A DNA stretch of 58,783 nt from the NCBI GenBank assembly GCA_043743105.1, contig JAYTXD010000011.1, positions 26,001 to 84,783 on the forward strand, in the 5' to 3' direction. Source of the DNA: Candidatus Saccharimonadota bacterium. Its GTDB lineage: Bacteria; Patescibacteriota; Saccharimonadia; Saccharimonadales; JACDBH01. A program made the translations under genes and the position numbers. Of this stretch, positions 8,823-16,954 are shown one piece after another; the first letter of the stretch is position 1, and each line of letters begins with the position of its first letter. Under the pieces are notes generated by a model. That model was not told where the DNA came from, did not search any database, and saw nothing but the letters and a program-made list of their open reading frames with translations.

Positions 8823-9446
8823 TTATTTTTTTGTAGGTTTTTTATTAAAACCCCTATACGCCAAATCGCGGCGCTTTTCGTCCAAACGTATAATGTATTT
8901 TTCGAATGGTTTTAACAGACTTGAATACTGCCAGTTGGGCGCTAGCAAGCTATCTAACTTATTTTGCTCTACCAGATATTCTACTAGGCCAAAAAAGTCT
9001 CCGTCACCTGATACAACCACGGCTTTGTTATAGTTTGGCATTTCTTTTACGGCATACAGTACCAGCTCGGCGTCAACATTACCTTTGGTAGCTGGTTTTT
9101 TATCCTCCGGCTTTTCGGTATGCATTTTAATGCGCTCAGCCAGCTCGGCCTTTTCTTGATCTGTCGTCTGCTTAGCAAACATCTCAAGTGTTGGCTTTAG
9201 CACTATTAAATACCCCAGATCATGCATCTGGTCATACAGCTTTTCGTTATCGGGCAGATAGCCAATAAACATATAAGCCTTTTCTACATTGTGTCGTTCT
9301 TTTAAATAAATACGAAACTTGCGCCAGTCCATCTTCCAACCCATTTTTTGCACGCCAAGATTAAGGTTTTGACTATCGATAAAAGCATAGTTAGCCTTAG
9401 GCTGCTGAGGTTTCTGCGGTTTTTTGTTTCGCCGGAACGGTTTCAT
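8823..9446 (-). CDS. NYN/LabA-like domain protein (predicted RNase)
   Basis: 207-aa ORF with FIDSQNL, KGNVDAELV and VVSGDGDF acidic motifs of NYN (LabA/DUF88) domains, plus a charged insertion. Confidence 0.7.
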   Translation of the reverse strand: MKPFRRNKKPQKPQQPKANYAFIDSQNLNLGVQKMGWKMDWRKFRIYLKERHNVEKAYMFIGYLPDNEKLYDQMHDLGYLIVLKPTLEMFAKQTTDQEKAELAERIKMHTEKPEDKKPATKGNVDAELVLYAVKEMPNYNKAVVVSGDGDFFGLVEYLVEQNKLDSLLAPNWQYSSLLKPFEKYIIRLDEKRRDLAYRGFNKKPTKK

Positions 9447-9504
9447 TTACCTATATCATACCACTATGGCTTCATATGGCCGATAATCACATCAATCACA
9501 AGAT

Positions 9505-10410
9505 CTAGCCAACGAAATTAAGTATTACAATACCAGTTACAATCAGTACGCCCGCCACAAACTTACGTCCTATCGTCTTTTTATCAATTTTTTCTTTTAT
9601 AAGATGTGGCACTAATTTGGTTAATACATAGCCGAGCAGTATTGATAGAAACACTTCACTCGCCCCAACCGATGCAGCTAAACCGGCATTAACGTAGGTA
9701 AATGATTTAAACTGCGCTAACAAAGCGAGCATAAAAAGTAGTTCACTTACGCCCACTACAAGAAGCATTTTTAAGTGAAATGGCCGCATGTTAGACTTAA
9801 AACCTTTTAACGTGGGTTTGTGAAAATAAGTGAATAAAATACCAAAAATTGCATAGCCAATTGTCTGAAAATAAGTGTAAGAGACCGTATTGTTTCTATC
9901 CAGAACTGATTTAGAAATGACCAAAACTGCCGTAGTAAATATTGTTGCCCCGAACATAATTGGGATTATTTTTGTGCTATGCAAATGAAAACCCTTACGT
10001 GACAAAGTTGCTATAGTGATGCCGCTTAATATAGTAAGTACCGCAAATAACTGCAGCGGCCGCAAAGAGTGATGAAGGAAGATAAACTCAGCCACCATTG
10101 TCATCGGTACGATGACCTGGGTTAATAACGTAACGACACTCGCATCTTCCATATTGTAAGCCTTGAAATAAAATATAGCTGCAACACCTATTAGCATTCC
10201 CGACAGGATGGCCAACATAACATCATGATTGTTCTGTAGTCCCTGTCTACCAAACAAAATCCATGGAACAGCAATCAAAAACATAGCCGCGATTGCGTGG
10301 ACAACAACAATTCCTCGTTGGTCCCTTGCAACTTTACTAATAGAATACTTAGCAAACATTGTTGCCGCAGCATAAAAAACAGCCGACATGAGTGCGTAAA
10401 TAATCCACAT
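9505..10410 (-). CDS. EamA/DMT-family transporter
   Basis: 301-aa ORF with about 10 predicted TM helices in two similar halves, typical of the drug/metabolite transporter superfamily. Confidence 0.7.
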   Translation of the reverse strand: MWIIYALMSAVFYAAATMFAKYSISKVARDQRGIVVVHAIAAMFLIAVPWILFGRQGLQNNHDVMLAILSGMLIGVAAIFYFKAYNMEDASVVTLLTQVIVPMTMVAEFIFLHHSLRPLQLFAVLTILSGITIATLSRKGFHLHSTKIIPIMFGATIFTTAVLVISKSVLDRNNTVSYTYFQTIGYAIFGILFTYFHKPTLKGFKSNMRPFHLKMLLVVGVSELLFMLALLAQFKSFTYVNAGLAASVGASEVFLSILLGYVLTKLVPHLIKEKIDKKTIGRKFVAGVLIVTGIVILNFVG

Positions 10411-10433
10411 ATTATGTAAACTATACCTTAAAT

Positions 10434-10862
10434 TTACTTCTTATGCTTGGCAATATAGTCCAAACGAGCCTGGTTAGCGTACTTGTCAGCCATTTCATTG
10501 CCCGGGTCATCGTTGTGGCCACGCACCCATACCAGTACCGCTCTCGACCCTCTATACAGTGGGCAAACTTCCTGCACAATATCGAGGTTTTTTATCACCC
10601 CACCCTTTTTCTTCCACCCGTTTGCTTCCCACGCAATCGACCATTTGGTAATGACATTTATCCAAAACTCGCTATCGGTAAAAATTTCACACTCCTCACC
10701 ATTTGCATCTTTTATAGCGGCAATAATTGCCAAGCCTTCCATGCGTATGTTGGTTGTGTTGGCTTCACCGTCCATTATTGCTGGCTTCATTTCTTTAATG
10801 ACAGCAAACCCCCCATTGCCAGGGTTTGGCTCGCAGCTTCCATCGGTATAGTACGTAATCAT
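10434..10862 (-). CDS. rnhA: Ribonuclease HI
   Basis: 142-aa ORF that aligns by eye to E. coli RNase HI: YTDGSC (Asp), NIRMEGLA (Glu), FTDSEF (Asp), WVRGHNDDPGNEMADKYA (His/Asp). Confidence 0.9.
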   Translation of the reverse strand: MITYYTDGSCEPNPGNGGFAVIKEMKPAIMDGEANTTNIRMEGLAIIAAIKDANGEECEIFTDSEFWINVITKWSIAWEANGWKKKGGVIKNLDIVQEVCPLYRGSRAVLVWVRGHNDDPGNEMADKYANQARLDYIAKHKK

Positions 10863-10877
10863 CTTTGCTAGTATAGC

Positions 10878-11417
10878 CTATAATCCTCGCATACGGCGTT
10901 CTAAAACGTCATAGCCTTCATGTACTTCATCGTTTTTACCTATACCAAGTTTATGCATAAGTCCCCATAACTCAGCAACCACTTTGTCGTGATCTGCGTC
11001 ATCGGCCGTCAACATTTCTGCCTCTATAAATACACCAAGCCCCGGCACTTCATCGTAACAAATTTCTATGTCGCCACTATGTCCTTTTCGCCGGATTTTT
11101 GTAAGGTCAGAATACGGCACATAATGTATTTGCTTGATGATGTTCTCAAGCTCTGTAACATCAATAATTTCAGTCTCATGCTCAATACTATCTAGGTGCC
11201 CAACCACAGAACGCTTGAGAGTAAATATATGTTTTTTGTCATTTTCAGTTCTAATTCTCAACCAATTTGAGTTCAGCGCATTATCAACGCCTCCTGGCTC
11301 ACTAAAAACTCTGTCGTGCTGCTTAATCGGTGCTGATAATTCAATTTCTAGCACTCTAATAGCATTTTCAAGTTTTTTCCTATCTTTAACCAATGCTTTA
11401 ATTTCAATCTCTCTCAT
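10878..11417 (-). CDS. CYTH-domain protein (CyaB-like class IV adenylyl cyclase / triphosphatase fold)
   Basis: 179-aa ORF starting MREIEIKALV, which carries the ExExK signature of the CYTH family. Its start overlaps the stop of the upstream hydrolase by 4 nt. Confidence 0.75.
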   Translation of the reverse strand: MREIEIKALVKDRKKLENAIRVLEIELSAPIKQHDRVFSEPGGVDNALNSNWLRIRTENDKKHIFTLKRSVVGHLDSIEHETEIIDVTELENIIKQIHYVPYSDLTKIRRKGHSGDIEICYDEVPGLGVFIEAEMLTADDADHDKVVAELWGLMHKLGIGKNDEVHEGYDVLERRMRGL

Positions 11418-11977
11418 GTATTTAGCAGTTCCTTTAGCACTTCAAATTTCCTATAAGGTTGATTATACGTACCAGAGCCCATATGACCCTGCCGCTCTGC
11501 AAATATAAACTTGGCATTAAGTTTTTCAGCAACAGGACGTGCCTGCTTATCATCACATCCCCATGGGTCATTATCAGAATTAATTAATATAAATTCTGTA
11601 GCCTTAGTTTTAATAGTAACCCAGTCAAAATTTTTAGGGAGCATACTGTTTTGCCCATCAGACTGCGGTATATAATAGCCCGCAACTAAGATTACCTGCT
11701 TAACTGTAGCGCTTAGACTCTCTAGGATGTTTAAAATCAGTGGGCATGCCGAAGAATGACCAATAATAACCGTCTGCTCATCAACTGGAGGCATATGCAT
11801 CTCAATAAAATTTCTCGTTTCCTCCAGAGTTGGCGCCTCAGTGTGCGGCAACAGCGGCCACCAGACACTATACCCTTTTGATTCTAAATACAGCTTTGTA
11901 TCTTCAAACCAAAAATAATCGGTGTCGCTCCCACCGTGCCCATGCAGCAATAAAGCCGTTTTCATTCTTTTATCCAT
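11414..11977 (-). CDS. Alpha/beta serine hydrolase (YdeN/RBBP9-like)
   Basis: 187-aa ORF with LLHGHGGS, the nucleophile elbow GHSSA and later Asp/His residues. It overlaps both neighbours (8 nt and 4 nt). Confidence 0.65.
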   Translation of the reverse strand: MDKRMKTALLLHGHGGSDTDYFWFEDTKLYLESKGYSVWWPLLPHTEAPTLEETRNFIEMHMPPVDEQTVIIGHSSACPLILNILESLSATVKQVILVAGYYIPQSDGQNSMLPKNFDWVTIKTKATEFILINSDNDPWGCDDKQARPVAEKLNAKFIFAERQGHMGSGTYNQPYRKFEVLKELLNT

Positions 11978-12554
11978 TAGATTGCTTTACCACTTTTTGG
12001 CGAAAGTATATGTTAAGTCCAAGCGCAAAACCTACGAGCGATAGATATATTGGAAACCCAGCGCTTATAAAACTAATATGCTTAACAGCTAAAAATGATA
12101 TGCCCGAACCTACACCGCTAATAATAAATGCTTGCCACCCCTCTTCATGCGGTGCAATCCATGAGTGATAAAATGTCGGGACGGCACCAAAAAAATCTGC
12201 GCTCATATTAAAAATAATCGCGTAGTTGGCATTTTTGCTTAATAACCAAGCAACCAGCCCGGCGACTGATATAACCTGGCTGACAGCATCTATCCACGAG
12301 TAGGTGTGGTCACCATGTTTGAGTGCAAACACGAGAATAGTTACTTCGATCAGCGTGGCAATGCCCGTTAAAAAGGCACTGGTATATGACCTATGACTAA
12401 GTTCCGCTACGGTCGCAATGCCCGTAATAAGTGACCACGTTGCCCACGAAGCAATGCGCGGCTTAACCTTACCCGATATTGTTTCCTTTAAGTACGGGAT
12501 AAACCCAATAGCGGCAATTAAAGGACCCACAATCGAAAGTAATTCTCTCATCAA
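11970..12554 (-). CDS. 7-TM integral membrane protein, family unassigned (possible PQ-loop/SWEET-like topology)
   Basis: 194-aa ORF with seven hydrophobic segments by eye. P-x-polar loops follow TM1 (IPYLKETISGK) and TM5 (VPTFYHSW). It starts 15 nt downstream of the DUF4868-like gene. Confidence 0.5.
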   Translation of the reverse strand: MMRELLSIVGPLIAAIGFIPYLKETISGKVKPRIASWATWSLITGIATVAELSHRSYTSAFLTGIATLIEVTILVFALKHGDHTYSWIDAVSQVISVAGLVAWLLSKNANYAIIFNMSADFFGAVPTFYHSWIAPHEEGWQAFIISGVGSGISFLAVKHISFISAGFPIYLSLVGFALGLNIYFRQKVVKQSNG

Positions 12555-12569
12555 CGTATATTAGCAGCT

Positions 12570-13637
12570 TTAACGCACTTGTGGTGCCAAAAGCTCCTCT
12601 TCATCGAGTGGTTTTAGTGGGCGTTTTTTGATAATTTCAAAGCGTTCCCCGCTAATAGGCGATTCAAAATAATCTTCATTGAGTAAGTTTACGAATCTGG
12701 TCAGATCGCGGTCATCCATAATAATAATTGCACCACTGTCGTCGGTCATAAGCCCAACTCCCATTTCATCCGAGTGGTCTATAAGGTCTTGCTGCTTGAT
12801 CTTGCCCGGCTCGAGTTTCTGCATTTTTTTAATGGTCGATGGCTTGCCTTTTATAAGTGACTGTAAGCTAACACCGTCCGCAAAGCTTAGCTTAAAGTTT
12901 TCCTCTATTTCTTTAACTTTTTGGGTGGCAATACTTGCGGCTTTTGCATCATAACCAAACAAAGCCTTAAGTTTTGCCTGGTTAAAGACAAACAGATCTT
13001 GGCCCACAACGAGTAACTGGTTTTCGCCAGGGATTTTAAGCGCGCTCATTGCATCAAAAGGCTTAAAGATACCATCCTTCAAAAGCCACGCAGTGTGGCC
13101 CTTCATGATTTGTGATGTTGGAATACTTTTGACAAGGTAGAACGGCTTATCCATATCTTTGTGCGTGCAGTGCGCAATAACTCCCTTCATTCGCTTTAGG
13201 TCGTGTTCTTGATCGTTAAAAACTTCAATATTGCCTTGTTCGTGCTTAATCCAGTTCAGTACTTCAACGAGCTTATCGACATTTTTTACTGGTGTCCGCT
13301 GCAGCACATTATCTTCTGACTCGGCTTCTTCAAAACCGCGAACTATCAGGCCTTTTTCTACTCCACCTAATATAAACTCCAGAATTTCGTCTAAAAATAA
13401 GGGGCGCAACTGCCTGGCCACATCACCGCCAAGTTTAGTACGGTACACGGTGTTATTTTTGTTGAAAAAGTATAAATCTATCTTTAAATCATCAATATAT
13501 TGCACCAAGTTATTTGCCCAGGCAAAGACATCGGTTTCTACGTAATCTTTCGACCACGAATTTACTGGCGCCATTATATCTTGGTTGGCGGCCGCACTAT
13601 TTTTTGTCATAACTTCTGTTTGGTTGTTTTCGTCCAT
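12570..13637 (-). CDS. Hypothetical soluble protein, DUF4868/KwaB-like (tentative)
   Basis: 355-aa ORF with no enzymatic motif. The segments IDLYFFNKNNTVYR, KPFYLVKSIPTSQIMKG, LLVVGQDLFVFNQAKLKALFGYD and LLNEDYFESPISGERFEIIKKRP resemble my recollection of DUF4868 proteins. This needs an HMM check. Confidence 0.45.
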   Translation of the reverse strand: MDENNQTEVMTKNSAAANQDIMAPVNSWSKDYVETDVFAWANNLVQYIDDLKIDLYFFNKNNTVYRTKLGGDVARQLRPLFLDEILEFILGGVEKGLIVRGFEEAESEDNVLQRTPVKNVDKLVEVLNWIKHEQGNIEVFNDQEHDLKRMKGVIAHCTHKDMDKPFYLVKSIPTSQIMKGHTAWLLKDGIFKPFDAMSALKIPGENQLLVVGQDLFVFNQAKLKALFGYDAKAASIATQKVKEIEENFKLSFADGVSLQSLIKGKPSTIKKMQKLEPGKIKQQDLIDHSDEMGVGLMTDDSGAIIIMDDRDLTRFVNLLNEDYFESPISGERFEIIKKRPLKPLDEEELLAPQVR

Positions 13638-13645
13638 AAGGTCTT

Positions 13646-13651
13646 ATTCTA
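13646..13651 (-). promoter_or_regulatory. -10 box TAGAAT 8 nt upstream of the DUF4868-like gene ATG (leaderless-type)
   Basis: The minus strand reads TAGAAT-AAGACCTT-ATG. This marks the start of the transcription unit containing the candidate system. Confidence 0.4.
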
Positions 13652-13722
13652 GCGTAAGCGACGTTATAAAGCTGCTGTAAAATTTTCTTTTTTTTATGAC
13701 CATTATTTATGCAGCCGCACCG

Positions 13723-14136
13723 CTACAGTTCGGCGTAAAAACATTCATAATCACCGCCTTTTTGCATACCAAGTTCCTCATAACGACTCGTAAGATCTTC
13801 CCTATTTTCGTCCGAATAAATAAGCACTTCGCTATGCCCACGCGATTGTAAAACACCTGATGCTGCAGTATATAAGGTCTTGGCAACATCGGCACTATTA
13901 TTTTTGGTTACGAAACGATAAAACCAAGCTATACGACCATCTTCAATAATAGAAATAGTGCCCATAATTTCACCGTTTTCATCGTCAACAATTATAGACT
14001 GCGGGTCACGGGTAACTTTTGCAAGCAACGTCTCCCGACTATCACGCTTTTCGTCGAACGAGCCACCATACCACTCGCTGTGTTGGTAGAGCGATTTTAT
14101 TTGGTCATAATCTGCATCAGTATAGCCACGAATCAT
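13723..14136 (-). CDS. GNAT-family N-acetyltransferase (small)
   Basis: 137-aa ORF of GNAT-like size and pattern (GTISIIEDGRIAWFYRFV..., acidic C-terminal strand). The assignment is from pattern only. Confidence 0.55.
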   Translation of the reverse strand: MIRGYTDADYDQIKSLYQHSEWYGGSFDEKRDSRETLLAKVTRDPQSIIVDDENGEIMGTISIIEDGRIAWFYRFVTKNNSADVAKTLYTAASGVLQSRGHSEVLIYSDENREDLTSRYEELGMQKGGDYECFYAEL

Positions 14137-14170
14137 GTCTCTATCATAACAGATTTAAAAGAGTGTATAC

Positions 14171-14329
14171 TTGGTTATATGCAAAGACGAATCGCCGTAC
14201 GGTCAAGAAGAAATAGCCGAATATGGCTTTGTTGATCCAAGCACCAAAAACGTTTTACCCGACTTTTTGACTACCGCCAAGTTCGACCCAGAAACGCTTT
14301 TGACCCCGCAGATCTTTGACTACCTGTAG
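14171..14329 (+). other. Unannotated 52-codon plus-strand ORF (small protein or C-terminal gene remnant)
   Basis: My translation of the frame starting at TTG 14171 gives ...KDESPYGQEEIAEYGFVDPSTKNVLPDFLTTAKFDPETLLTPQIFDYL*. It is below the track's length cut-off. Its stop at 14327-14329 overlaps the sipW 3' end. Confidence 0.25.
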
Positions 14330-14835
14330 CTGTAGTGCCGATATACATGCTGGTGATCGTAGCGCTTGCTCAAGCGCTTAACTTCATACACCATCACAAA
14401 TGCTGCTGGTGTGTATATAGCAAGAATAAGTCCTATTGGACTATGCAACCAGTCGAGCTCTGCCCCTAATCTTGGCGTAACTTTGTAGACCACACCAATT
14501 AAACGACTAGCAGGAAAAGGCAGATCCTCACGCACCAAGGCATCACCTTTAGTTACTAGCCTACCTGTTTGGTAGTCAACGCGAGCTAAACGGTGCGATA
14601 CCACTACACGGCCATCAGCTGGGCTACGGTAGCTTATAACATCACCAACGCGTAACTTTTGTAAGCTAACACTACGCACCAACACAGCGTCACCAGGGTT
14701 AATAAATGGTACCATGCTGCCTGTTTGTGCACTCAATAACCTGTCCCCTGTTTTGTATCTATAGGCTGCAAACATGCTACTAGTAAGCAGGAAGATAACG
14801 ACAAAATAGATTGCAACCTTTTTAAAGACTTGCAT
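14320..14835 (-). CDS. sipW: Signal peptidase I, SipW/archaeal-type (S26B)
   Basis: 171-aa ORF with an N-terminal TM, the catalytic Ser context TGSMVPFINPGDAVLV, the His context VVSHRLARV and a C-terminal TM. It lies 6 nt downstream of a TasA-like gene. Confidence 0.8.
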   Translation of the reverse strand: MQVFKKVAIYFVVIFLLTSSMFAAYRYKTGDRLLSAQTGSMVPFINPGDAVLVRSVSLQKLRVGDVISYRSPADGRVVVSHRLARVDYQTGRLVTKGDALVREDLPFPASRLIGVVYKVTPRLGAELDWLHSPIGLILAIYTPAAFVMVYEVKRLSKRYDHQHVYRHYSYR

Positions 14836-14841
14836 AGACTA

Positions 14842-15420
14842 CTATGAGGCTTGCGCTGCTCCGATAAAGACAAAGTCTATGTTGCCAAGGCTTGCACCAC
14901 TGCCCGTAAATGCATCTGCTGCCATCGAAATCTGAATTTTATACTGATAGGCCGTTGCGGCTGGCAAGATATCGGTTAAAGCAGTGCCCCCAGCTGCATA
15001 GGTGCTAATAAGAACAGCGAGCGTTATGGTTTGCGATGTACCACCTGGCACGTGTGTGACAATAACAGAAACTTTGCTAAGGTCTACATTACTCAAGTTA
15101 GTTGGCGACGTACTTACTGCCAGTTTAACCTGGCTTCCAGTTGTGCCTGAATTTTTTAGCCAGAATGAATTACCTGCAGCCGGTACCGCTGGCCCACCAG
15201 GTACAACACCAGTGAAGTCAAAACCGGTGTGCGAGCTTGTATAAGTAACGCCATCGGTACTAATTTTAAGGTCGGCTGTAGCACTTTCGATGGTGTTACC
15301 AGCTAGAACTGCCTGCTGGCTTTGCAGCGCCGCAAAAGTTACACCACTTACCAAGGCTACAACAACAACCATAACCGTAAATGCTCGTAATAAAGGCTTA
15401 ACGTTAGACTGCCTACGCAT
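14842..15420 (-). CDS. TasA/camelysin-like secreted protein with SipW-type signal peptide
   Basis: 192-aa ORF with a basic N-terminus and hydrophobic core ending VSGVTFAALQS (SipW-cognate type signal). The mature part is Thr/Ser/Gly-rich and looks like a beta-sandwich. Confidence 0.65.
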   Translation of the reverse strand: MRRQSNVKPLLRAFTVMVVVVALVSGVTFAALQSQQAVLAGNTIESATADLKISTDGVTYTSSHTGFDFTGVVPGGPAVPAAGNSFWLKNSGTTGSQVKLAVSTSPTNLSNVDLSKVSVIVTHVPGGTSQTITLAVLISTYAAGGTALTDILPAATAYQYKIQISMAADAFTGSGASLGNIDFVFIGAAQAS

Positions 15421-15552
15421 ATCTGTCTCCTATTAGTTATGCGTATAATTGCATCAGCATAAATATAAGTCAACAGTTTTTATTTTTTGTCTATTTTAGT
15501 ATAAACGTAAGCTCTACGTTTTTTCTCAATAATATTTCTATAATTTTGCCGC

Positions 15553-16875
15553 TTAAAGATCCTGTATATTCACCCGCGTTTGCTCAGTCGTATCGCGGTC
15601 TCGCACTGTAACGGTACCATTTTCTAATGTCTCAAAATCAATAGTAATATGCTTTGGTATACCAATCTCATCACTGCGTCGATAGCGTTTACCAATATTG
15701 CCATTATCATCCCAAATAACTGCACCGTGTTGTTTCTTAAGCTGCATATAAACTTCCCGTGCCTTTGCAACCAGCTCTTCTTTGTTGCGCAACAGTGGCG
15801 AAACAGCATACTTTACAGGCGCAATACGTGGGTCAAGTTTTAACACCACCCGTGTTTCGCCGTTAATTTCTTCTTCGTGATAGGCGTCTGTCAAAACAGC
15901 CAGCAACATACGTCCTACTCCTACGGATGATTCAATCACAAATGGTGTAAAGCGCTCTTTCGTTTCTTCATTAAAATACTGCAAGTCCTTGCCGCTGGCC
16001 TTCATATGCGAACTGAGGTCAAAGTCAGTACGATCATGAGTACCCCACAACTCTTTAAATCCTTGAGGAAACTTAAAATAAATGTCGTGTGCGGCTGCGG
16101 CATAGTGGGCTCGCTCGTCGGCAGCATGTTCGTGCCACTGTAAATTACCTTCATCGATCCCAATTCGTTCTACTAAAAACTTCCAGGCAAACTGGCGCCA
16201 TTGTTCGTATGTTTCTTTTTCTTCTGCAGGATTAATAAAATATTGCATTTCCATTTGCTCTAGTTCACGTACCCTAAATATAAAGTCGCGCGGGCTAATT
16301 TCATTACGAAAAGCTTTACCAATTTGGGCAATACCAAATGGTAGCTTGGCTCGCATTGTTTCACGCACATTTTGAAAGTTCGTAAATATCGAACCAGCGG
16401 TTTCTGGGCGCAAATACGAAAGACTTGTCTCGTCCTCAAGTGGGCCTACCCAAGTTTTCATCATCATATTAAAGACGCGTGGCTCACTTAAGACATTACC
16501 GTCTGGTGACTTTTTGTCTTTTAATAGCTTTGCCAGTTCTACAAGATCGGTTGAGTCAACACCCGCCAGATGATCTGCTCGGTAACGCTTGTGTGTGACT
16601 ACGTCTTCAACCATTGGATCAGTAAAGCCTGCAACGTGTCCACTAGCCGCCCAAAGTTTTGGATTTTGGATAATAGCACCGTCAACGCCGTAAACATTGT
16701 CTTGTTCGCGTACAACCGCCTTCCACCACTCGGCCTTAAGGTTGTTTACCAGCTCAACACCCAAGGGGCCATAATCATAAAATCCTGCGAGACCACCATA
16801 AATTTCACTCGCCTGAAACACAAAGCCACGACGCTTGGCCAAAGAAACAATATCTTCCATTTTTGCATTACTCAT
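15553..16875 (-). CDS. glyQS: Glycine--tRNA ligase (dimeric class II type)
   Basis: 440-aa ORF with an N-terminus MEDIVSLAKRRGFVFQASEIYGGLAGFYDYGPLG characteristic of GlyQS, plus class II motifs. Confidence 0.9.
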   Translation of the reverse strand: MSNAKMEDIVSLAKRRGFVFQASEIYGGLAGFYDYGPLGVELVNNLKAEWWKAVVREQDNVYGVDGAIIQNPKLWAASGHVAGFTDPMVEDVVTHKRYRADHLAGVDSTDLVELAKLLKDKKSPDGNVLSEPRVFNMMMKTWVGPLEDETSLSYLRPETAGSIFTNFQNVRETMRAKLPFGIAQIGKAFRNEISPRDFIFRVRELEQMEMQYFINPAEEKETYEQWRQFAWKFLVERIGIDEGNLQWHEHAADERAHYAAAAHDIYFKFPQGFKELWGTHDRTDFDLSSHMKASGKDLQYFNEETKERFTPFVIESSVGVGRMLLAVLTDAYHEEEINGETRVVLKLDPRIAPVKYAVSPLLRNKEELVAKAREVYMQLKKQHGAVIWDDNGNIGKRYRRSDEIGIPKHITIDFETLENGTVTVRDRDTTEQTRVNIQDL

Positions 16876-16954
16876 ACTGATGCTTATTATACGGTCTTAG
16901 GCACAGAAGATAAACCAATCTACTCGTTTTAACCGCAAAATACCAATAACAAGT

